A stretch of 58,210 nt of DNA, counting the filler, from Jimgerdemannia flammicorona (Eukaryota), in the NCBI GenBank assembly GCA_003990765.1. It is 3 parts of 3 records of this genome, joined end to end, with 100 filler letters (N's around TTAATTAATTAA, not from the genome) between each part and the next. Parts side by side here need not be neighbours in the genome. Positions count along the whole stretch, not along the records: positions 1 to 19,342 come from RBNJ01001963.1; positions 19,443 to 38,779 come from RBNJ01001964.1; 1 more part is not named here. The stretch is one strand, 5' to 3'. The position numbers were made by a program, and so were the translations under genes. Under the pieces are notes generated by a model. The model made no database searches, was not told the origin of the DNA, and saw only the letters and a program-made list of their open reading frames with translations. This document shows, piece after piece, positions 11,478-23,891 of this stretch. Position 1 is the first letter of the stretch. The number at the start of each line of letters is the position of its first letter.

Positions 11478-13046
11478 TATAATGGTGACCCAGAATGATG
11501 ACATTAGCACAGGAGACAGTCTTTCCTTACAAGTCACCAGATTGGAGCACAAGAAGATCATATAGCATATGAGATGAGCAATGATGATCAACTGTGAGTC
11601 ATTATGACCACAGTATAAGTATCTTGAGAAATATAAAAGAAGGATCAAAGAACTATAGTAATAGCAACCAACAAGATCCACCAATCTCAAAATAGCTCAA
11701 AGACTCACTACAAATAAAATACCTGCTGCCCACCAAACCTCAAGGTCAAGGAACTACCAAGGCATCTCAGTTGAAGAAAGGATGTTCTAAGACATCAGAA
11801 GAGCCATGAGGACCCACTCAAGAAGAACTCCTAGTGTCAACCTGGATACCAGTGACTCTTATCATTATATCCTCTACTGCCATGAAATGGAAACAAGGAT
11901 CACAATTACTACCAAATACCTCCAAATGTGGCAGAAGTACAAAATAGGAAACCTCCTCTGCTGGGAGTTCCTACAGGCCTGCCCTCAAGAGCTACAAGAT
12001 GCCACTTCCATGAATATATGTGAGGCAAGAAGATCCATCAGGTCTTCAGGCATACACCATTATTGATCCCCAACTTGGAGTATGTTAGAGTCTCAGATTT
12101 CAGAGATCTGTCATCCTGCCATATCAATGCACTAGAAGCCAGGGTGGCCACAGAAGCCCAGTCCACTATCACTCTCAATAGTGATAAAGTAGAAGACTTC
12201 TGGTACGCCATCCTCCAGGACAACCCAGACCAATTCCTGCAAGGATTGATCTTAGTATTCCAAGGCCCAAACATCCAGGTTAGGCCTCCCCAAGACTCCA
12301 CATTTGTTCTCTATTTTGTGGAAGAGAATCTCATAGACTGGAGAGCTCCAGACCTCCTTCCCACCACCAAACGTGATGATGTCATCAGCAATGACATCAT
12401 CCTGCATGACATATGCAAGAAGCATAATGAAGTATGCAAAGTATACAAAACACATGATCTACACAACAAATTCGTAGACCTCATCTCCTTCCAAGATATC
12501 CTGACCTCTGATGATGAAGCCCCTATAGTCTTGAACATTCTGCTCTAAGTCTCCTGGTTATACTGAATAATGCCAGCACTGGCATTCTGAGGTGATGTGA
12601 ATTTGTTCCAGTACTGGCATTTGATATAATACTAAATAATGCCAGCACTGGTATTTTGATTTGATACTGAATTATACCAGCATTCTGAACCTGTACAACC
12701 ATCAGTGCTAACTCTGGAACTTAGCCATTTTTCCTGTCCTAGCATTTTATTTTAGTTATTGGAATTTATATTTAGCTTTATATCTTAGCAACCATTCAAT
12801 TATATTTTGTATAAATACTCCTCTTATTTCCTCTGAAATAAAGTCAGTTCCAGTTCACTTATATACAATCTCTTACAAACAATCTAAAAGATAACAAGAC
12901 AGTTAAAAATAAGAAGTTTGAGAACTATAAGACCTTGAGAAGACACTCCAATAAGAACTTGCTTATAACAAACTTGAGTTAGTCTAAGAGATATACCTTG
13001 GAGAGAATCTGGCATATTTGAAGGACTCAGTGACTACTACGTGACA
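11478..13046 (+). repeat. Family B 3' LTR, containing accessory ORF copy 11692-12548
   Basis: Direct repeat of 3801-5380; includes track ORFs 11806-12066 and 12063-12548, split by a 10-nt deletion. Confidence 0.93.
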
Positions 13047-13526
13047 TTACCTAATATCAGTCTTTTCTATACAGTATTTATTTATTCTCCTAATATTCTT
13101 ATATATATATTTAATACTCTAGTAATTTATATAATTTCAAACTATAACTAATCTATTTAATAAATAAATTATCATTTATTATAAGTAGAAAGCATGCTTA
13201 AAGAGTCTTCTTTAGACAAAATATCATTGCTTTAATGTTTGAATTCAGTATATTAATAATATATTATATATATTTATATATATTTAAAAAGATTTTTTTT
13301 ATTATTTTTTTAAAAGGTAAAGTAAATAAGATTTTATAAAATAAATTATATGAGATTATAGAGAAATATTAAAAGAATAATTATAATAAGTTTTAAATAT
13401 TGTGACGTCTACAATCGACCCTGTCCAAATTCGGAGTATCCTGTGACCACAAGATCAGACAACATTATGGAGTGATAACTGGTGACCAGCCCAATCCGTC
13501 AAGTGATTTTACCAAAAGAAGACAAG

Positions 13527-14603
13527 ATGATTCGAGCCAAAATGAAGACCACGTTATTTAAGAAACCATACTCCGCCTCAGGGATCGGCACCAAAGAACC
13601 AAGTATCCACTACATAATGCCTCCCATTCACTGATCCAAACAGACCTCCCGCCACTCTACCCCTTTGCCTGGCCTAAAGACCCTGATCTTTGAAGCTATC
13701 AAGAAGGCCATCTGGTGCCCAGATACTTCTGAACACCTGAACTTCTACACCGAGGACCTTGGACACTTCATCAACTACTGGTATATAATGACCCAACAGC
13801 TCAAAGACACTACCGAATGAATGACCCTCTGGCATAACTATGAAATTAGACACCACCTTAACAATAAGACTCAAGAAGACAACTGGGAAGACCTCATTAC
13901 CAAATTGATAACCACCAGCCAGCTGATCAAGAGAGCTCTCTGCGTTCATCAGATATTCTGCCACATCCCCTGGGCCATAGCACACTTGCAAGGAGTAACA
14001 GCCGGCAGTCTTGCCTGTCTCTCAACTGAAGATCCAGACTGGATAGAATCAGAAGTAGCCAACTCTATTGGTAGCAACCGGGTCGCTGTAGGAAGCCAAC
14101 AAACCGAACCTACTCAGCCAGGTTTCCACACCACCTCACTCCAAGACAACCATCAAGGTCACCTAATGAGCCTTATGGAGATATTTGAAGGACTGCCCAT
14201 TACCATAGAAGTACCCGTTGGAGCTACCCCAACCACCCACCACCCTGACAGCCACAATTTACATCTCATCATTTGGGAACCGAATCAAGAAGAAGCCCAA
14301 GAGGTCCCTGTCTTTGAAGAGGAAGCCCTAGAACTCCAAGACCCTGCCCCTGAAGAAACCCCCTCTGACACTGAAACTGACGAGTCTTCAGAAGAAGAAG
14401 AGGAGCAACAGAGAGTCTACCAGTCCTCTGTCTGCATTCAAGCTGTTCAAGGGTTGGAGAATATTGTTGAAGATGACTGGCCACTTTTCTACCCCCTCAC
14501 CTCTTGGCCGGTGCTTCCCCCTTTTGAGGAGAGATATGATGAAGAAGAAATCGTAACCCAGCAAGATTTGCCTGCCGCGGATGAAGGGTACTATTTCCTC
14601 TAG
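13527..14603 (+). pseudogene. LTR-internal accessory ORF of family C (~358 codons, acidic C-terminus)
   Basis: Track ORF 13821-14603 extends in frame to ATG 13527 through two TGA codons (probably decayed CGA); homologous to the family B LTR ORF. Confidence 0.78.
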
Positions 14604-14650
14604 AAATACCACCCATCAGCCATGAGAATTGTGCAGCCATCATGTCAGCA

Positions 14651-14922
14651 TTTTGTCAGCAAGTCCGAATCCAGCGTTGCTACCCAGCACAACTGTTTCC
14701 AGCATTGCTATCCAGTGCCACCGTTTTCAGTGTTTTGTCAGTAAGTCCGAATCCAGCATTGCTACCCAGCACAACTGTTTCCAGCATTGCTATCCAGTGC
14801 CACCATTTTCAGTGTTTTGTCAGCAAGTCTGAATCCAGCGTTGCTACCCAGCACAACTGTTTCCAGCATTGCTATCCAGTGAGCAAGTCCGAATCCAGCA
14901 TTGCTACCCAGCACAACTGTTC
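14651..14922 (+). repeat. 82-bp tandem array in U3 of LTR C
   Basis: Units start at 14651, 14733 and 14815 (third unit truncated), then a partial unit at ~14882; core CCAGCRTTGCTAYCCAG. Confidence 0.92.
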
Positions 14923-15702
14923 CTGGCAACAATCGTCATATCCATATCCATCTGTATCAGCAAGTCAGCCCTTCACATTGTGCAAGCCAATAGTATAGCG
15001 AAGTTCGCCACAACATAGTATATCTTAGCCCCCCCCATAGCTAGCAAATTTGTATAAATAACCCTATATCTTAGAGTGAATAAAGCCTCAGTCAGACAGT
15101 TTTACAGAGAAAACACACTGCCTCCAAGAGAACGGAATTCCAAGAACAAAATAACTAGAGCAATGGATCGCTTGAGGTTTGAGTTAAAGAATTTCTCTTG
15201 CCATGGAAAGAAAGAAAATGTTACCTGACCGCCACTATTCGAGACCGCCATTCGAGATTCAAGACCCCGGCAACACAGCTAAAGAACCCAAGGAACCCAA
15301 GTTACCCAGCCAAAGGATACAAGACTGCTGCCAAAGACCCAAACGACTGCCAGGAACCTTTCAAGTTAACCAAGATGGACGAGCGAGCTGTCAACCTCCG
15401 TTTTCCCTGACCTACTGCACTACAGACTGCTTTAATTGACCGCCTAAAGAGCAAGACCATCAAGACCATCGCCGCCAAGTTATTCGCCACCCTTTTCCAC
15501 TAAACAATTGAGCTATCGACGTCCTGAGCCAATGAACAATCAAACTCCCACTATCAATTATCATATGAATCAGACAAACTGATCACATGACCATTGACCT
15601 GCAACCATCGCAAATGCACTCAGTCATATACTGCATGCTCCACCAAGTGGCACATTGAGCCATGCCAGAAGCAACTAGGGATACAAACCCAATGCCACAT
15701 TT

Positions 15703-15720
15703 TGGGGGCTCAACTGGGAA
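15703..15720 (+). promoter_or_regulatory. Primer-binding site, tRNA-Pro type
   Basis: TGGGGGCTCAACTGGGAA versus canonical tRNA-Pro PBS TGGGGGCTCGTCCGGGAT; two of the differences are at CpG sites. Confidence 0.75.
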
Positions 15721-16592
15721 AGATTTCAAAGACTTGACCATTTGGTTCAAGAACCCAGCTATCTACAGTGGAGAACTTAGCAGGACCAAGTCAGCAACCA
15801 AACCAGGGGCAGCAACAGCCCTCCTCAGTAGAAAAGAAAGCCCACACCCTTGTCAGAACAGTAGCCAGGACCCTATTCAACACCAGTAGCTAGAAAACCG
15901 AATCAGAAGAAAGAAGTGACCCAGATTACGGTTTGACTTCAAGAGAAAGGAGACGACTCAGAGGACAACCAGAACCGCCCCTTCAGATCCAAGACTTAGG
16001 CCAAGAAGAAGAAGAGGATATCCCCAAGGAGTATCAGACCCTTATCCATAGGAAGAACTAAGACAGAAGTGACTACATAACTACTGTTGTTACTCGAGTC
16101 ACTCCACTAGACTGGGTATACTTTGAAACATCAGAAGGAGAAGAGGACTACCATCCATATCAACCAGAGCAAGACGACGTTTGGGGATCAGACCATCAAA
16201 GGGACGAAATCAACCTATACTATTATCCAGACAGCAACACAAACCCACAATAAGGCAAACAAGACCTCACTACTTCACAACAGCAAGGGGCAGACGAACT
16301 CACTATCAGTTATATCAGTCCACTCCCACCATCAGTTGCTCGAACTTCAGTACCCTGGTCACTCACACCTCGCCACTATCACCAGTCAATCAGAAGATCT
16401 CCACTACTACCCAGGACTTCAACCCCAGCATTAATTAGAAGAGCCAGATTACCCTCACCCTCACCAAGACACCGCCCTCTGCCAGCACCACTAGATCATC
16501 AAGTACTAGCACCACCACCTTCCCCATCACCCCGAGAATCCGCCAGATCCCCTACCCCTGAACAATACTCAGATAGTGAAGATGAGCCAGAC

Positions 16593-19342
16593 ATGAGCTA
16601 CCTTCAGAAGTTCCATGGTGCAGACAATGAAGATATTGAGAAATTCTTTAGAGATATTGAAGTTCAAGCAGTCACCAAACAATGGAATGCTGCAAGAAAA
16701 CTCAGAATTGTGGAGTCACTCCTGAGAGGACCAGCCCTACAGAGGTATAATCAAGCCAAGCAAGCCGGAGGAGGAATTCATGCAGAGGAACTGAATGATG
16801 GCCTTCAACCTGATAGAAGCCATGTAGCAAGGTACATGATTCACAAAGCCTGGCTCTGTGCCCAGTTCAATGGATTCAAGCGCCAACAAGAAGTATAGGA
16901 GGCTTTGACCTATATGAGCCAAGCTGCCAATGAAACCCCCAAGAGTTTCTACCATCGGATTGAAGCTCAGATGATCAAGGTGAACCTTCAACCAGTAGTC
17001 CAACTGACTCTAGCCTCAACTACCTTCCTCAATGGCTTATACTCAGAACTCTAAAGGCTAGTTATCAGAATGGGATATTGAAACATTGACCAGCAAGTTG
17101 CTGGAGTACAAAGATGTTGGGAAGCAGATTATAGACCAGTACAACAAGTACAAGGCTATCATGAGCCAATCTGAGCTGAAACCCCAAGGACCCGAGGAAC
17201 AACTATGGAGCAAGAGAATGCCTTCCTCAGAGCCCAGATAGCCAACTATGAGAACAGACCAGCACCCACAAATCCGACTCCATTCAGGCAACCACAGCAG
17301 CAGCCACCATCAAGAGTTCAAGAAGACCCCATGATAATGCTCACCAAGCAAATGAAGTACCTGGCCATCGCAGTTGCCCAGCTGAAGAACCAAGGTAGAA
17401 GACAACAAGACTACTATCATGATAACAGACTAGACTACTGGCAACAAGACAACAGAGGTCCTGCTCCCGCACTACCAGCTGCAACTATAGTCTCATCAGC
17501 GACTAGTTCCTATGGTCCCACCTGCTTCAATTGCGGAAATCAAGGCCACATCCAGAGGAATTGTCCAAGGAACCAATCCACCCAGTCCAATAACAGAAAT
17601 GTCAACCTCTTTCAGGTAGATGAAGAGACTCAGGAGATGGAAGAAGAAGCAGCCTGGCTCCATGGTCAAGAAGATGACATCTACCCATACTTCGAGGCTT
17701 TTCCATCCAAGGTGACATGGGAAGCTGCCCCTGCAGAGACCAGAGGATGAGGAAGACTACGAAGGAACCCCCCACCTCAACTGCCAGTAACAATATCCAC
17801 AGACAAGCATCTGCGACATGGCCATTCTTCTTCAGACACTCCACAAGAACAGGAAAAGTGAGTTAGAAGAGATACTCCTGAACCGGAAGCCAGACCATCT
17901 AGGACAACCCCCAGCTCTACCCTGCCAGACCTTGAAGAAGATGAGCATATGAGCATAGAATCTTCAGCTGATGAAATGCCCATCAGGAATGAGAGACTAC
18001 ACCCCAAGGGACCAAGACACCGAAGAAGCAACAAGTCCCATGCAGCAGCCTCACTTTGGGAACATATCCACCTACAGAATGCTGGTCTTACAGTTGAGCA
18101 AGTCCTCAAGAATGTACTAGAGGTCAGGCAAAAATTCCTGAAAGAAGCCAAGGAAGATACCAAGAGACTTCCAGTCCAAGGACTACACACTCAAGAACCT
18201 AGCACTATCCATACAGTCCATGAGAGCCAGCAACATGAACATCAATCTACAAGACTCGCCAATGGAAAAGTGTATGGTGAAAATGTCAGAATTCTCGTCA
18301 ATACTGGAGCAGCAGTATGCATCATCACCCAAAGGATGTTGGAGCGAATTGGATGGAGAATAGATGAAGGAACCAAAGTAAGAGTTATCATGGCCACTGG
18401 ATCAGCTTCTACACTCCTTGGACTTGTCAGAGACATCCTCATTCAAGTTGGAAAGGCCTGCCTCAATGTACCCAAAGCTGTCATGACCCCCATAACCTCC
18501 TATGACCTGATCCTGGGAACTGACTGGTTAAGCCGAGTTGGAGCCAATGTAGATATCAAGAAACAACTCCTGGTCTTCTCCATTCATGGACAGAAGCACA
18601 AGGTGCCCATTGACTCGAAAGGATTATCCAAAAAGATGAATCAAGCCTCAGAATCAGAATGGCAAGGACATGGCGACACCCTCACTACTACTGAGGATGA
18701 AAGTGAGGCCAATTTCCTACAAGAACTAGGAAGTGATTTCGATGCCCCAAGGGACCAAGAAAGCAAACAAGAAGACTCTTTCATTGGAGTTATTGGTGTT
18801 GAAGGCCTGGAAGAAAGCATTGATAGAGCCATTAATGCAAGGGCAGCACTTGAGTTTGCAGGACCTTCTGCTCAACCATCACCACCACTGGTAGAAAATC
18901 GGATCATGCGAGCCTTTCGTCAAGGCATATGTGAACATTTCATCAACTTCCACTCACCAAGAGATGATTGCAGCAATTGCCGAATCCTGGATCTCAAGAA
19001 GATTCCAATGCCAGAAATTGATGACAAGGACAAATTTAAGCAAGCACCATCCCACAGTCGAATACAACCTCCAACCCTGAAGACCTTTAAGAAGACCTAT
19101 AAGGAAGGACAGAAGATTCTCGCCTGCCAAACATTCAAGTCCCTTACCATTGAAGGAGAAAGCAACAGCTCTTACACTATCACTTGGGCCCTCCAGATCA
19201 CACAGCCCACCTATGACAAGTATCAGAAGAGATTCCCTACCAGTAGGGAGGTCAAACAGCGAAATGAAGACTTTGTCAAGAAGGGACATTGTGATTGTGG
19301 AAAAACCTTTACCTGCTACTGGTGTGAACATTGAGATGTTCA
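16593..19342 (+). pseudogene. gag-protease of family C (gag probably extends upstream as a Pro/Ser-rich region)
   Basis: Track ORFs 16593-16898, 17205-17750 and 17949-19334 with zinc knuckle and protease motifs; catalytic D reads N. Confidence 0.85.
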
Positions 19343-19442
19343 NNNNNNNNNNNNNNNNNNNNNNNNNNNNNNNNNNNNNNNNNNNNTTAATTAATTAANN
19401 NNNNNNNNNNNNNNNNNNNNNNNNNNNNNNNNNNNNNNNNNN
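19343..19442. other. Artificial contig linker
   Basis: N44 + TTAATTAATTAA + N44, 100 bp, stops in all six frames. Confidence 0.98.
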
Positions 19443-20282
19443 CATCACACCACGCCACAAAACCCGGCGCCTTCTCGGCGCAGTGACTGGGGCTGTGTGC
19501 CGAGAGAGGATTAGGCGTCTTGATGGCTTTGAGATTGGATTTTGGAGGAGAATCTGATTTCGGATTCGAACCTGCAAAAGATTGATTGATTTGAATGGTG
19601 CAAATCAAAAGCCAGGTCCTCCGATCCTGGAACAAAAATACCGACAGGCTCTGAAAAATGTTGATGACGGCGAGCTTCTAACCTCTGTTAACGGGCCCTC
19701 GAGACGTAGAACTCTTTGTTGCTTATCTACAGCCGACGCTTCAAAGCGAACAAAGTACACTATTATCCGTCGCGTCATGACAGCTTGTGATGCGACACCC
19801 TTAACTCTGTAACGTAGTGCACATCAAACCGGTCAAATATAAAATTCCGACGCTCTACATGATCCAACTCCTTGTCAGTAATATGCGCCGATGAATCACA
19901 AGACACTACAAAGAATGGTTGGCACATGACAGAATGCTCGTTGATTCCATATTTTACCGGGATGAACCCACCTATTATGATTCTTCAAAAATAAGGACAG
20001 ACGCGTAAGCTTACTAGTTCAGGAAGGCAAATAGCCATGTTTGACCAACCATGCTTGCTTTGATGCAATCTTTTAGAATATGCAGAGTTCAGAACATGGC
20101 AATGACGAAGTTTGAATGCATGTCTGCCACAAAAAATTACTATGGCATATCGAGAGGATCTACCAAATTCAAATTAATCCGTCATATATATAATTACTTC
20201 GATTAAAATATATCCAGCTATAGTGGCATTGTCTATTCGTTTCCGCCACCAAACAGCACCTTAACACACCCACCCCGCCTCT

Positions 20283-21178
20283 TCACATAATGGCGGCGAT
20301 CTCCCTCTTTTCGGGCACCTGTGCGACGTCGCCGCCGAGGAGCTGGTGCTGGACGAGGTTCTTGAACACACCGCCTTCGCGATGGATGAGGTCGCCGTAT
20401 GCGCCAATCTCGGCCACGCGACCGTCCTCAATACACGCAATCACGTTCGCGGTGCGGATCGTTGAAATCCGGTGTGCAATCGTGAACACCGTCCGGCCAA
20501 CCATTAGGCGCTCTAGGGCGTCCTGAACGAGGGCTTCGGATTCGGAGTCTTTGGGCGGGAAGTGAGAGATGAAGTTGGTTAGAAAGCAAGTGGATGTATA
20601 ACGAATTGGCATGGTAGTGATAAGTGAGGTGGATGAATCTCTAGTGAAATAAGTACACCGATAAAAAAGAAGGCTCACCCAAAGCACTCGTTGCCTCATC
20701 CAGGATAAGAATCGATGGATCCTTCAACAAAGCTCTCGCAATGGCAATCCTACAAATGACAAGCCAAACAAACCGTAGTATGAGGCCTTATCTCCTCACA
20801 CCACTACAACGTCTCCAAACCAACTAATTTCCCCGCTTGACCCACCATCACCTCGACCAAGCCACGCCGAAACGCACCTCTGTTTCTGCCCGCCACTCAG
20901 GCTGATTCCACGTTCGCCAACGAACGTGTCGTACTTGTCTGGGAACGCGTCAATGAACCCCTGGCAGTTGGCTTTGATGGCAGCCTCACGAATTCTATCC
21001 ATTGTTGCGCCAGCGCGGCCATAGCTAATGTTCTCGGCGATGGTGCCGGCGAAGAGGACGGGTTCCTGTGGAATTGGGGTGATGTGTTTTTAGTCACCGG
21101 TTGCGTTAAATAATTTCAAACACATGCAAGAACGTGCAACCAACGTCACTCCTTTCACGCGAGACCAATCCAAGAGGG

Positions 21179-21219
<41 letters not shown>

Positions 21220-23891
21220 ACACCTGCGAGACAAGCCCAATCTGTTCACGCCACCATTTGAGGTTCAAATCCCGGATGTCCGTGCCGTTGATCAAGATGG
21301 ACCCCTGCGCCGGGTCATAGAAACGCAGAAGCAGGGAGCCGATGGTCGACTTACCGGAGCCGCTCTGACCGCACACGGCAACGACTGGAACCGAGAATGA
21401 ACATTAATTGGGACGCGCGATGAGCGGGAGCAATTGCGGGACGCGCGATGAGCGGGAGCAATTGCGGGATGGCACGACATACTCGTTCCGGGCTCGACCG
21501 ATAGCGACAGGTTGCCAAAAATGTTGGACTGCTTGCGGGCCGGGTAGGCAAAGGAAACATTGTGGAAGGTAATTTTTCCGTAGGCGTTCGGGAGGATGAT
21601 GCCGGCTAGGATTGGAATTCAAGCAGGAGATAATCGGATATTCGAATCCGTGTCGTCAAAAAACAAACACGAGTTGCTGGAAAGAAAGGCACTGCAACGG
21701 AATACATACTATCGGTGGGTATGCTCGTCTTACGATCCAAAAGCTCGAAAAGACGACCACCAGCGCCAATGCCCTTCATGACCTCGGAGTAGAAAGACGT
21801 CAGGCCTACATGACGATCGGTATCACAAAAGAGCAGATCCATCAGCGCCATCGTTGACTTGCTCACTACACATGGACCACCCACTCATCCGCAACACTCA
21901 CCAGCCATCGATCCGCCTACGTACGCCGTGTACAGAAGGAACGAGGCCAGCTCGCCGACTGTGATGACGCCCTCCATGACCATATGCCCGCCGTACCCCA
22001 GCACGGCCAGCACGACCAGATTGCCAGAGAGACCAGCGCCGCCGAAGAACAAGCCGCTCGCGTACGCCTACGTAGAAGGATCATGTCAGAGAAAAGATGG
22101 GGTCAGTCAGATGTCAGCTGAGATACGAACGAATCACAACATCCATGAATCCTACACGGCCAATATTACTGTGTGACAAATCCAAGCATTCTTTTCTACA
22201 TTAAACGCCAACCACACACTCTCACTCATAACGCACTTCCTTCTTTGCCAGGTTAAACACATCCTTGACGGTCAAACTGTACCGCTCCAGCTCGATGTCC
22301 TCCTTGGCAAATGCCTGCACGGTGCGAATGTTGGTCAGGCGCTCTTCGGCAACCTTGGTGATCTCACCGAGGGCGGTCTGCGTCTTGCGCGAGAGTTCGC
22401 GCACATAACGACCGTAGAAGACGGCGCAAAAGGCTACGGGTGGCACAATCGCCATCATGATCGCCGTGAGTTTCGGGCTGGGGAGGGAGGGGAGAATAGT
22501 AGGATTAGGGTGAAGGAGAACAAGCGAGAAATGGAGGGGTAAGAATGAGGGAATACTTGCATGGTCTGGTGCATGATGAGAAGATGAATGGTTTGTAATC
22601 ACGTACCTGATAAAAACCATCATTGTGAGGCCGACAGACGTCGTCGCAAGACTCCTAATAAGAATGGAAAGTTTAATTGAGCTCAACAATCCAATATTTC
22701 ACGCATATATGATTCATTGTTACCCACTTGGTCTGATTGCACCCTTAATTCCATCTTGCCGTCTTCCTCACAAACACTCCAAACATAAACATAACTCCCA
22801 CCACCACGACAACATACCTTAAGCCATCGCTAATATTCTGCGTCAAGCTCTTTCCGACCACGTTTGTATCGTTCGTCAGCCTCGAGATTAGATCCCCCGA
22901 CCTATTGGCGTCAAAGAAGGTCATGTCCTGCCGCAAGATGGCCTTATACAGATCATTGCGCAGTCGCTGGATGATGCGCTCACCCGCGACGCGAAAGATA
23001 ACGACCCGGCCTGTGTTGGCCAGGGCGCCCGCGACGAAGACGCCGGAAAGAATCATGAAGAACTGCGGGAGCGTCAGCCCCATGAAGGTTGTCGTGCTTG
23101 GGTTCGTCACAATGTCGATGATCTTGCCCATTGAGAAGGGGACAGACTGGGAGGGGTGAAAGAGATTGAGACGTGAGTTGAGAAAGTAGGGAGGGAGATG
23201 CGCGTGGGGTGGAGGTACAAGTTGGGGAGGATATGAACCATTGTGATGGCGGAGGAGATTATCAAGAGAGCGATGGCGGCTGCATACGTGGAATTGGTGA
23301 ATCGTGACGATAAGTGGAGGTGTCAAAGAGAGATTGAATCTATGACTTCATCGCGATCTCTTGTGACAAAAATCACGTTGCCAGCAATATCAATAGAACT
23401 TTACATGATTGATACCAAAAAAGAAATGGTGGTCATCTCATACACTAACCTGTGATCGACTTAGCCTCAGGTCTTGCCAAACTCAACAGTCGCCTCGCAT
23501 CCGAGATGGTATTCTTAAGCTTTTTTTTCTTGAGTGCACCCTCGGCGATGTCCTTTGTTGCAGTTGTAGCTGCATCAGGCGCGGGTTTGATGGCTGAGCC
23601 GGGCTTCGTAGAGAAGAGTGAGCGTTGTACAGGTGCCCGGACTATGGCAAAAGGTGTGAGGCGAGGCAGTGGGGAGGCGAAGTGAATCGAATCAGAGGGG
23701 GTTATTCGCGCTGCTTTCGAGGGTAGCGCGGAGGTTGAGAAACGAGCAATGGGTGGAGTTCGCAATGCAATGAAGGAGGGGAAAGAGCCAGGTGGTTTCT
23801 GGGGTTGTACGGAAGCCAAAAGGGTGTGGAAGGCATTGCGTTGACGGTGTGGTGCTGAACGGGAGTTGCAGAGTAGACGCGAGGGCAGCAT
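20283..23891 (-). CDS. MDL1: Mitochondrial half-type ABC transporter (ABCB10/Mdl1-like), multi-exon
   Basis: Arg/Ser-rich presequence; TMD pieces [25 protein letters not shown] and [14 protein letters not shown]; Walker [10 protein letters not shown]; signature [20 protein letters not shown] introns. Confidence 0.88.

Larger units (their letters stand above)
3801..13046 (+). mobile_element. Full-length degenerate Ty3/Gypsy retrotransposon family B with dUTPase and LTR-encoded ORF; TSD TTAC
   Basis: Paired LTRs 3801-5380 and 11478-13046; TTAC at 3797-3800 and 13047-13050; order gag-PR-dUTPase-RT-RH-IN; PPT AGGAGAAAGA at 11468-11477. Confidence 0.95.
3344..13110. mobile_element. Non-coding foldback/MITE-like DNA element with ~180-bp terminal inverted repeats; right arm split by element B
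   Basis: Left arm 3344-3522 is the reverse complement of 3681-3800 joined to 13051-13110. Confidence 0.8.
13401..15699 (+). repeat. Family C 5' LTR (~2.3 kb)
   Basis: TG...CA ends; GTATAAATA at ~15052 and GTGAATAAAGCCTCAGTC at ~15076 (similar to LTR A); PBS directly downstream. No partner LTR in the window. Confidence 0.72.
13401..19342 (+). mobile_element. Ty3/Gypsy retrotransposon family C, 5' half (2.3-kb LTR, PBS, gag, protease); cut at contig end
   Basis: Starts TGTGAC; LTR ends GCCACA at 15699, followed by PBS; gag KFHGADNEDIEKFF and CFNCGNQGHIQRNC; protease ILVNTGAAVCII...LILGTDWL. Confidence 0.88.

Noticed and set aside
11176..11700. Accessory ORF of B starting upstream of the PPT and reading into the LTR (nef-like)
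   Set aside because: In frame only in the 3' LTR copy that has a 1-nt deletion; in the other two copies the frame is closed at the LTR start.
14651..14922. CRISPR-like or Cys-rich coding interpretation of the 82-bp array (ORFs 14629-14832, 14642-14998)
   Set aside because: Units are contiguous with no unique spacers, the context is a eukaryotic LTR, and the ORFs are by-products of the repeat.
21410..21465. Perfect 28-bp tandem duplication in MDL1
   Set aside because: Lies within an intron and does not affect the reading frame.
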